DNA from: Guillardia theta CCMP2712
Taxonomy: Eukaryota > Protista > Cryptophyta
Assembly (NCBI RefSeq): GCF_000315625.1
Contig: NW_005434615.1
Span: forward strand, 68,852 to 132,851
DNA length: 64,000 bases
Direction of reading: 5' to 3'
Below the pieces are notes generated by a model. That model searched no databases. It was not told where the DNA came from and worked only from the letters and a program-made list of their open reading frames with translations. Of this stretch, positions 39,701 to 51,700 are shown piece after piece. The first letter of the stretch is position 1, and each line of letters begins with the position of its first letter. A program made the position numbers and the translations under genes.

Positions 39701-42700
39701 ACCTCACCGTGTCCACCAACGCTGCGGCCGGCCCAGTCCCTCCCACGCCCATCTCCTACTCTCCCAGCGTAGGCGTGTTCTGGTTAAAGCCTGCCCTGAG
39801 CTTCGACGGAGGCCAGGCAGGAGAGGTATCGGGGCTGAGGATAGCCTTCGGCTTCACGATGGACGTGGAGGAGGGCTCTGTGATGGAGGTACAGCTGCCC
39901 AACTTCACCATAGCGATGGAGGTCAACATGGTGGTAACGGGTAGCGACGGGTCGAAGTTGAATGCGACGGCAATGTCGGGAGGAGGCGGGGTGACGTTGA
40001 AGCTACGGGTACTGCCAGGCAGCCGGGTGAAGGCGTACAGAAGAGCAGAAGTAGCTATACCAAAAGCGTTCGCGATACAAATTCCAATGGTAGGCGTTGC
40101 CCGTCCTTCGCACATCTTTTTCTCCCTCAACAATACATTCAGCATTGGCGCTGATTCTGTTGTTGTTGGCAGCTTTGATCAAAGCGTTTTTGTTTATCTT
40201 GACGTCAGAAATTTTTCTTCCATTGTTCAGATATATATACGATTCAAGTATTCGGTAACATTGGTTGGTCAGGATGTCATACGGGTTCATTTTCAAGGTT
40301 TTCAAGGGCCAAATGCAACTGGAATTCAAATGCAACAGAGCATGTCGGACGATCGAGTTTCACTGAGCTGGCTACAATCGTGTTTTGGTCCGACACTTTT
40401 TGTGCAGGTAGCGCCGGACCATACAATCGAGGCAAATCAAATGGTAACAATAGTAGTTCCTTCGACCGTTGGTATTCGGATCCCCTATAACGGCATCCGC
40501 ACAAACTTCTCTGGTCTCATCATTTCGACCGATGCCCAGAACGGCCCTGTCTACGGAGAGAGAATCTCAGCATTCAACCCGATCGGATATTTCACTTCTG
40601 TCACTCTGGACTTCGAACCCAAGTTGGTCACCAGTGCTGTCAGTGTGCTGCTGTCCTTTGAAGCACAGATGGTGCTGCGTCCGGGTGACACGATCATGCT
40701 GAATCTGCCGGGGCTCACAACCCCGTCTGAGTGCTTCGGGCTCCATAGCAACGTACAGAAAGCCATCAACCACGCCCATTTCTCCAGCACCACCTCAGTC
40801 CTACGGATAGACATAGAGGACACCATCGAAGCGAATGTGCCGGTCAGCATCACAATCCCGCGTAGCGCAGAGTTCCGCTTGCCCCCGCAAGGACTCGTGA
40901 GGAACTATGATGGGTTCTTCGTCTCCGCTCACGCCAAAGATGGGAATGTTGCCCCCACCCGCCTTTCTTCCTCTCCCGCGATAGGGTCGGTACACTCTCG
41001 CTTGTCTTACGACCAGAACCATGGCGACGAGCGCGTCATTACCAGCAAGATACAAGTAAGACCATTCCAAGACTGCGGGCTTGGAGCATACAATGAAACC
41101 TTCTGCCTTGACTCAGCGATAGCCTTTGCTAGCTGCGCGAGGAACAGCAGCGCAGCGAACTGTACGTGCATCCCCTCGTCCTGTATGCAAAACAACACTT
41201 GGTGCAGCATCCTTGAAGAGGACGTGCAGTGGAGCTGCCAGAACGTCACTTTCTGCTCTGAGGCATGTAACGCCTCTACACACGTCAACGTGCCCGACGA
41301 TGACACGATGGTGACATTTGCCGTTGTGTTTGAAGCAGCGAGCAGCACTCAAGGTACCTTCAAGCTCCCTGTAGCTGTACCGCTAGCCGGCAGGTTGCAA
41401 GTTGTCGCGATCAGATCCTATCCCCCGAAGGTGCAGGATGCGCAATGGTCTATAGGCGAGGACTACCTCCTTGTGAATGTATCCGAGACCCTCGATGCCG
41501 GAGAGACGGTGACGCTAGAAATGGACTTGCAGCCTGACCAGAATGCGCTCATGCAAGCCGCCGGCTATATTGGTTGCTCTGAATTCTCGATGAACCCTGT
41601 CTTTGCCGGGCTCTACGCGACAGAGCCTCTGTTGTTCTACAGCAAGGCCCCTTGCACCAGGAGTAGTCCGATGGTCAAGCTTGTTGATGCCACAAGCGCG
41701 CTGAACTCGGGAGGGCCGCGATATCTTGTTTTGGTGCTCGAGCTGAATCATATGCTCAGGCCCGGAGACGTGTTGCAAACAGCCATTCCCGCGTACGTCA
41801 AGTACTGGAGTGTGTCGACTGTCAGATCGCTGTCCAATGCACTGGAAGAGTTTGACATTGTCTCTGCGGGGGCCCATCAGCCTTGCCATATCAGTAGCAG
41901 CTCGGTGAGCGAACCTGTGTGCACAGAATCAGTGAAGCAGCACGTGCTTTGCATGACAGGGTACGCCAACAAGTACTGCGGTTGTATCTCGCAGGCCTGC
42001 GCAAACTTGACCGTAGGCCGCCTGCAGGTCATGGGCCAAACAGTCACTTCGCAGTCTGTCACCGTATGCTTGGCCGAGTCCGCGGTAGGAGATCAGCGCT
42101 CTGTCAGAATCGTGTCGAAAGGGTACGTGACGGGCAATCTCGTGCTAGCCTTGGAAGGAAATTTCACAATCTTTGAGGAAAACAGGAGCACTACGGTAGC
42201 CAATCGTACCGCAGCTTGCTTGAGTCTAGCCACAAACCTGTCTGCCTGTCTGGAGTCAAACAACTCCAGTCAATGCGCATGCATACCCGCGGACTGTTGG
42301 AATGTAACCTGCAACGCGTTGGTGCGAAATGATACGAGGATCTGCAAGCCGAGCATGCTCTGCCATGTGAATGCGACTGTGGGTATGCTGCCTGTGTCTC
42401 TGATGACGGTAGCCGTCTCTCAAAGGAAGAACGATACCATATTCGAAGCGAGAGTGGTTCCGCGAGGAAACAATATCTCCGTGAGCACCGCAGCTCACAT
42501 GGCGGTCTCGAGGGGCGAGGGCTATGGCCTCACACTGACGGGCTTCGAGGGAGACGACTTTGCTTGCGTACCTGTGGTCTCAAGCCCGGCCGGAAAGATC
42601 GCATTCGCTTCATGGCGCACGGACACTCAGCAGCTCAGCATGACGTTGGAGGAAGACGTCCAGAGCGGGGAGGAGCTTCAAGTGCATGTGCCTTGGTACT

Positions 42701-45700
42701 CCGGCATCCGTCTTCCTCCGGCCGGGGTCACTGAGAACCAGACCGACCTCACCGTGTCCACCAACGCTGCGGCCGGCCCAGTCCCTCCCACGCCCATCTC
42801 CTACTCTCCCAGCGTAGGCGTGTTCTGGTTAAAGCCTGCCCTGAGCTTCGACGGAGGCCAGGCAGGAGAGGTATCGGGGCTGAGGATAGCCTTCGGCTTC
42901 ACGATGGACGTGGAGGAGGGCTCTGTGATGGAGGTACAGCTGCCCAACTTCACCATAGCGATGGAGGTCAACATGGTGGTAACGGGTAGCGACGGGTCGA
43001 AGTTGAATGCGACGGCAATGTCGGGAGGAGGCGGGGTGACGTTGAAGCTACGGGTACTGCCAGGCAGCCGGGTGAAGGCGTATAGGAGGGTAGAGGTTGG
43101 GGTTTCGCCGTCTGCAGGCATCGGGCTCCCGTATCTCGGCATTGTGAAGAGCAAGATGGGGCTTACGTTTGCTTTGAAGACTTCCAGCCTGACCAAGCAA
43201 ATCAGATTGGATCATCCAGCTCTGGGAGCCTTTTTGAAACCACCAACCATACGCTTTCTCTATCCTGTAGCTGGCGAGGTCAGTGGTATTGAGATCAGCT
43301 TCACACCAGCAATCAATGTCTCCAGAGAGGACACGCTGCGTTTCTTGCTGCCAGGTTTCGAGAGTATGATGCCCATGAGCGGGTTCTGGGCAAGCGATGG
43401 GCAGAGGTACCTGCCTGGGATGTGGAGCTTGAGCTGCCCAGCTCAGACGATCACTCTGTTTCCAAGCGACACAGGGCTCAAAGCAGGAGAGGAAGTGACC
43501 ATAACCGTCCCTCATGACGCTGGGATCCAGATTCCAGCTCTTGGAGTACGATCTAACTCCACGGCATTCAGGATAAACTTTGACTCCTACACGTCTCCAA
43601 TCGCTGACCTTCCGTTCCGCCCGCCCGTTCCCATCGGCTTCTTCCACAACTTCACCGTCGACTTTGTTCCCAAGACAGCTGGCAGTGAGAGTGTCATAGT
43701 AGCGTCTTTCACGCCTGAGATGAACCTACATTCAGGAGATACAGTCGGGCTGATCTTGAAGAACTTCACCCGAGCAGACTCGTCCGGATGTATAGTCACA
43801 CTCTCGCAACCTCCGGGTGTTACTGGTCTGGCAAGCTGGTCGTCGAATAGCAGCGTCCTTACCATAGGAATGATTGCGGCTGTCCGTGCGGGCCAGCACT
43901 TGACCATCACGATCCCGTCATCGAGCGGCTTGATGTTGCCGAAAGAAGGGCTGGATGCTGAGGCGTTCCCGATCAAGGTAGAGTCATCTGCGGTGGAAGG
44001 GCCGGTACTTCCCACAGTGGTTCATCAGTTTCCTGCGATCGGTTCTTTGCTAGATTCAGTTTTGTCATTTTCGAACACCTCAAATGGAACGCTTGTTTTG
44101 AAGGAAGTATTTCTTTCGTTTTCGAGACCGCTTTCTGTTGGAGATTCTGTAATTATCTACATGCCAGGTGTTCAATTTCGATGCAATGTTTCATGCGCAT
44201 ATGAAGGATTACATTTTTTAGCTATATGGACATCAGGAACGCAGTTTTTGAAACTGGTTCTGAGGAACGCTGATACCCCTCCTCAAAACTACACAATTAT
44301 CTTGAGTGACATATTTGCAGTCATTCAATCCAGCCAATCCATTGATATTGCCAGATTTCAAATTAAGACACTGTCAGCTGAGAGTCCAGTTGAGGTTACC
44401 GACATCACAAAAGTGATCGGGTTGTCTCCATTCAGGTCAATTCCCATTGTCCGCTTTAGTCAAACTCCAACGCTTCTAACAGACATGCAATTGAGTTTCT
44501 ATTTGGATCAATCCTTGGAGATCAATCACACGTTGATGGTGACTCTAAACAAGTTTCAAATTTATTCAACTTCTTCGCGATTCAAAATCATCGAAAATGA
44601 TGGATTTTGGTTCAATTGTACAGTTGAAGAAGGTATGGAATATGTCAAGATTCTCATTGTGCCTTGTTGTTACGTTCAGGCAGGGACGTTCTTGAATCTT
44701 CCTTTTTCATCTAATGTGCAATTCCATAGTCCAAGTATGAACGTATTCAGTGGTGTTCCAATTACCCTTGCCATAGTCAACAGTGATCATCATTCCATCG
44801 TTGGATGCAGAATCTTTCCTCAAGGAAGCTTCTTTGATGCTCCATTTGCAAAATTTCTTCCTGCTACTGCTGGTGCTATTTCACAATTATCATTGTCATT
44901 TACAACAAATATTCTTATAAGAAATAATGACCCTATTGTCGTGACGTTGGGTGTATTGAAATCGGTAAAGCCGTTTTTATGGAAACAAATCTCAACACAG
45001 GTATTCTCAATGAACAATGAAAGCGCTGTGCCGAGTGAGATCGTTGTGACGTCGAATGCTGTATGCGATACAAAACTCTACATCTCCCTACAAAATGATA
45101 TCGTTCCAGGACAAAGCATTCACTTTCGAAACATCACAGTAGATCTTTCAATTCCGAAGGAAGGAATCAATTCTTCAGAAGTGATAACAGTTGAGTACAA
45201 AGGACCGACCGCAAACTCTCTGAGCAATGTGCGGTTCGATCCAATTGGTTCGTTTACCGATTCACTTATTTTACGTGTGCTTTTGTCCGGCGCAGGCTCT
45301 CCGCCCACGCTGATTTTGTCATTCATCCCACAAATGGACATTGTGGAGGGGGACACAGTGAATTTGAAAGCTAACCTCCAGGGCTCGCGTGATCATGATT
45401 GTATTGCAGTCTTTAGCCAAGTGTATGTGAGCAGCCGATTACAATTTCCATATTTTCGGGGAGTCTGGAATGCGTCATCTCAGACATTCTTGTTCACTGT
45501 CCAATCAAAGATATCAGCTTTGAGTCTCGTCGAAGTTATTATTCCATCCTATTTCGACATTTATTCCTTTCCATTTTATACTACAAATGGACCGCTACAA
45601 GATTCTTCATTGTCTGCTCAGGTTAAATCCGGCTCTGTCCTCAGCAGGCAGTTTTCGAAGTTATTCATAGAAGATGGGCAATCGAATATTTTCTCTTTTG

Positions 45701-48700
45701 TGATGCCCTGCTACAGTGCCAACAACACTTTCAGTCTCACCTTCACCTTAGCTTCAAATCTGTCAGAGGGTGAGTACATCAGAATTCGATTGCCAATGCT
45801 GGATTCCACTCAAGACACAACTATTCCCAACTTTTATTCCCCTGAATTTTTGAATCCGAATGTCGCATGGTCGCAGGATACGCATGTTTTGACTTTGTCC
45901 CTTGGAAAGAATGTCTCTGCATTCGTGACATGCCACTTTTCATTTGACTCATTCAACAGAAATCTGTCATTCGTAGGAAGTAATGCTGTTCTTGTAGAAG
46001 TGATTAACTATGAGGGTTTTGTGCAATTCTCGCAAACCATTTACGATGTAGAAATTTGTGACGAATTCTGGCGTGTCTCACCGTTCATTACCTTTGATTC
46101 GACAGTACCAGGAAAGAGGTCGCAAATCAACATTTCAAACCAATTGAGGCATGATCTCTATCCCTATACCAACTTCAGTCTGGAGTTCAAGCAGTTCAAA
46201 CAACCAGAATACAGTTGCAATACCAGCATTCTTTCTGCGTCCTATGCCAGACTAAATGAGACATTCGAAATGCAGATAGAGAACGAAATTTATGTGAATT
46301 GTTCAATGCAGGAAGGGCTGATGGTACACTTTCGCCTTTTGAATGACATGGCTGTGAGTAAGAAGCATACCCTCACCTTGGTTCTACCACTTTCTCTGGG
46401 TTTGGACTTGCCAGATCACGGGGTTGACCCTTCAAGTCCCAATATATTCATAAAGATTCAATTCAACATTCGAGAACCAATCATTGCGACCATGATCAAT
46501 GGTACGGAATACGTCAATACATCAAACGCGTCCTGGAATCCATCGAATTCCTCAAACAACGCTTCAAATACGACAAACATGTCCGCATTTGACACTATCA
46601 GCTTCAATTATCGCTTTGTTCAGTCGGACTTCATATCTTGCTTTGCTCAGCAAGTCGGTGCGATGCTGAATTCAAGTATGTCATTTGATTCACCATTAGC
46701 AGGGCATTTGACAAACATCAAACTGTGTCTTGCTTTCAACTTCGAGCTCAAAGTCCATGACACAATCAGGCTTTCGTTGCCACTGTTTAATTCTCCAACA
46801 GAGGCAAACTTAACTGAAATTGAGTCGTCACTAGGGCATCGCTGTCTTATTTCACGTATGGTTTGCAGGAAAACACAACTGCTCACAATCAATTTCCTTT
46901 TGAAAGACACATGCGCGGCTAACAGTGAAATGCATTTTGATATTCCATCCAATTTCGGGATTTTGGTACCAGGCAGGGGTTTGGTCGATCCTAAGCCAGT
47001 TTATTCTGTCGATGTGACTGCACGTAGCATAATTGCAACTGAGGGGAAAATATCGAGTATTCAAAGCGTCGGATTTTTCGACCGCAGCCATATCTCCTTT
47101 GCTTATCCAAAAGCCAACGAAGTCACCGAAATTTTGCTGTCAGTTTCAGCAGTGATGGATTTCAATTATGGGGAATATCTTCTCCTCACCCTGCCTGCTT
47201 TCAGAATGAATTCTCGTCAGGAAAGTGCGTCTAACAGAAACGTATCATGCTATATGCAATGCCTCGTTGGCATGTATACTGGCAATTGTGAATGGCTAGA
47301 GGAATTGAATAGCCTCAAAATTCCAATCAATGAATGTGCAAAGAATTCCAAGGATGGTATCAACATCACTATTCCGCAAGAAGCAAACATCGTCACTCCG
47401 AGCGTAGGAATACCATACGATGAAAGATCCATCACAATCGAAACGAACGCTTTGGCTGGGCCAGTTCTTCCTACTCCTGTACAGGTTGTGCCTCCCATCG
47501 GGTCCTTCCTCGACTCCAGCAGCCTCGCGTTTGATCACAACGCTTCTGCAGCAGAGGTCAGCACTTTGTTGTTGAGATTCCGAGCCAGTATGTCAATCTT
47601 CATCGGGGAGGTTGTGACTCTCCATCTTCCTGGCTTCCAGCAGGAGCGCCAAGTCCCCGTTGTTTTTTCCAGTGTTGAGTTTTCGGCAGCGAGCTGGCAA
47701 GCATCTTCGCAGTCACTCATTTTCACGGCTGGGGAAAACATCACAGCGGGGACACTGTGCAATGTTACTGTTCTGCGTGACGCGATGATACGGTTGCCTT
47801 TGGACGGAGTACGGGTCAATCAAAGCAGTCTGAAACTGAGCACCAATGCACGGCAGGGGCCCATCTTGCCAACGAGCATCTCATTGGTCCAGCCTGTAGG
47901 ACACTTTGTACAATCTGAGCTGTTGTATGATCCAGGAATGGCTGGAGTACCAAATAAAATAACTCTGAAGCTCGTTGCGAGCATGAATATGAGTGCAGGT
48001 GATAGAATTTTCATCAAGCTGAACAATTTCCAGAGAAAGAACATTACGAGTCGACTATGCCACAGTTTGACTTCATCATATACTACAAATATGCCCTCAA
48101 ATGTTTCCTCGAATACTTCCTCAAGTGCTTCAAACTCAACAAATACTTCGAGTTATTTAGAAACTCAAAGTCCTTACACCATCTGGGATTGCTCAAATTT
48201 CTCAGACGTAGAATCTAACCTCGCTAATTCTTCGTTCAGCTCGTCTTGGAATGTTGATGACTCTACACTGACCGTGTACATCAATAATTTTGTGGCATCA
48301 GGGTACAACCTTTCTCTGACTTGGTTGGCCAGTGAAGGAATTTCGCTACCTAGCGAGGGAATTCGTACAAACTCTACAAGATTTCTACTTAGAAGTGATG
48401 CAGTCGAGGGACCGGTCTATAAAGCATTTGCCAATTCCCTTCCCGTGGGATGGTTGACGAACATCAAGATACGGTTGGGAGAGAATCCTGTTGCTGGTCG
48501 CGATACAAGTATTCTGTTGCAATATGTCCCCTTGATGAATTTAGTTCGAAATGATATTGTTTTCTTGTCACTTCCTGGTTTCTATGGAGAGGATTTTCAT
48601 CGTCTTCCAGTGCTCGACAGTGCAACAGGTCAAAGGTTGTTCAATGTTTCATGGAATAGTTCATCATCTGTGTTGGAATACACTCTGACTTCAGAATACG

Positions 48701-51700
48701 AACGAAATCAAAACATTTCGTTTGTTCTAAATTCAAGCTTCGGTTTGTCCATTCCATTTGAAGGAATCCGAACCTTCGAATCAGAGTTTCGCATATGTGT
48801 CACAGCAATTGAAGGAGGAGTTCCATGTATCATGATTCAAGACTTCAAGGCTGTTGGCTCATTCAAAGATTCAATTCAAGTTCATTTTGACCCTGCTTAT
48901 GCAGGTCAAGGTACCAATGTTCGATTCAACTTCATTCCAGAGATGGCACTAGATATCAACGATATTATCACAGTGAAGCTTCCGGGTTTCTCAACCAACA
49001 ATGTTCAATCGAATTTTAGTCTGATATCAGATCCAATTCAGATTTTCAGCTCCGCTTCCTGGAACTCGATTACGCAAGAGCTAAAAATGACAGTTAGCGC
49101 CCATGTGGATATGAAGACCAATGTCTCGATTTGGACCGAGCCGACGATAAATCTGACACTTCCAAATATAGGAGTTGGGAAACATAACAACGGAATCATG
49201 CTCTCTGCTGATGCAGCCGCTGGACCTGTCTATTTCATTCGGCCATCCTATATACAGTACATTGGATCCTTTCTGGACTCCACAGCTCTTTCTCTCTCGC
49301 CTATCCTTGCTAATGCATCAGTCGTAATTGAAATCTCATTTGTTCCAGAAATGAATATTTATCCTGGAGAAAGCATCAAGATAACATTGACGGGTTTCAC
49401 CGGTAAGGACTTGGCTACAGGGCTGCCAGAAAACAACATTTTGTTCAATGTGACGTGGACAAGCAGCGAGAATGTGCTGGAAATCATTCCATTGAAATTG
49501 ATCACCAGAGGTACCAGCGAGTTATTGGTAATCCCGTCATCGTTTGGAATTAGAAGCCCGTTGACCGGTCTCAGTGGCAATCAAACTGATTTAAAGATCA
49601 GCACTAATGCTGCGGAAGGGCCTGTTTTACCCACTCCAATACGACAATCACCATCTATAGGATCATTCGGTGACTCTACAAGGCTAGATTTCTCACCACA
49701 CATACCAGGTGCATTAGCGGAGGTGTACATCCATTTTGCTCCAACGATGGATATATTTGCAAACGGAACTGTAGTAGTCGACCTCCCGCTCTTCTCAAAG
49801 CAGCAGGGAAGCTGTGTCGTGTTTAGCTGTGTTCCGGATGTTGTGTCTGATATAACTTTCGTTGATTCTCAATTGAGAATTCAGACATTTAAACAAATCA
49901 ATGCGCAACAGAATGTTTCTATCGTTATAAGTAACCGTTCCGGATTCACAGTTCCTTTGGCTGGAATACAAAGAGAAACCAAGATCTACACGATTTCTAC
50001 ACAGGCATCCAGTGCTCCTGTTATTGCTACACCTTTTTATCATGTGAGATCATTGCCATCAATTTTGTACAAACAAGCGCAGGGATTTGTAGTCGCCAAA
50101 ATAGATGCGAATTCTGTCATTCTTGATGCAAACGCTGATAGCACTTTGGACATCTACAAAGCTTGCACTCTGATAGTTTACTTCAACGGAACACAAAATG
50201 CATTCGAGGCAAGGGTGATCCAAGAATTTCAATCAGGCCGACGGGCGATAGTGAATGGAAACTTCTCAAGCATCAAGAACAACAAATATGTTATCCAATG
50301 TCCGACACCAAAGTTTTTCTTCACTCAACCAATACCTGGCAGCAATATTGATACATTGACATTTGAAATGGTATCCAGATACCCCTTGAGCAGCGGTGAC
50401 AAAATCTCGTTACAAGCACCAGATTTTCAGTTCTGTAGATTCCGATGCTGTCCAACGTCTATCATACCTACAGGAATTCTTGAGGGCCAGGTTTCAAATG
50501 TCGATATCGTTCGAGGAAACGTGACTTTCAATTACAGCGACCCCGATATCGTGTGGAACGGCGATGATTCAACCTTTCTAGTTACTATGAGAAGGGACGT
50601 CATGCCATACACGTTGACACGGGTAGTTATCAACACAGTCAATGCAAATGGCCACGCAATCTGGCCACCGGAAGTCCTGCTACCAGATTCAAACAAGATT
50701 GGTGTTTCTATTTCAACTAAAGACAGTGACATGTCATTGGTTCCAATCATAGTTTCGCAACCCATTGGATTCTTTGCAAGTATCCCAAAATTGGTTTTCG
50801 ATCCCCAAGTTGCAGGCGGAAACACGCAGGTTACTTTGAACTATTCGACCATTGCTGATTCAACCGATCCGATCACGAAGATCAAGCTGTATTTACCCAG
50901 TTTTACTGCCACAAGTCAGACTTTCTCGTTGCCATCAAGTACCATCTCGATATCTCAATTGGTTGGTGGAGTCTCCGTCAATATTGTTTGGAATCATCAA
51001 GCCACGTCACATGTCACCTATACGCTTCCAAGTACTTCTGGGATCAAATTGCCAATAACAGGTATAAGATCTGAACAGAATTCATTTCAGATTGAAGTGA
51101 AAGACGGATTTCCTACGATAGCATCAACGAGCAGGATTGGAGCCTTCGAAAACGTCATGATGTCTTTGAATCCACCTGTTGCAGGCTCGACAGTGCAGAT
51201 CACTGTCACTCTCCAAAATAAAATGCAGATCATGAATGGCGAATCGATTTCTCTTCGACTACCAAGATTTGAATGCTCCCAATGTGACAAAGAGCTGCCA
51301 CTGGGTGGACGGAACAGGAATGATTTCATTGCACAGTGGGATTCGCATTCATCGACTTTGATCTTCGTTGTGAAGTGCAAATCGAGGTTTGATGTCGGAT
51401 ACAACTTTGAAATCATCTTGCAACAGTCAGCAGGCTTGAAATCCCCTGCTCTTGGAATATCCACGGATTATCAATCAAACGCCATCACGATATCATCAAA
51501 TGCAACCGATGGCCCAGTACATGACATGCTGGTTGCAGACGTCACTCCAGTTGGGCTCATCGAAGATTCTACCATACTGTACAGCCGGCATCTGGCTGGA
51601 GCAATCATCAGCTTGAGAATATCATTCAAAACAATGTTCAAACTCGATCGAGGGGATGTCATCGATGTATTCCTTCCCAAATTCAGCGTCAACAATCCCG

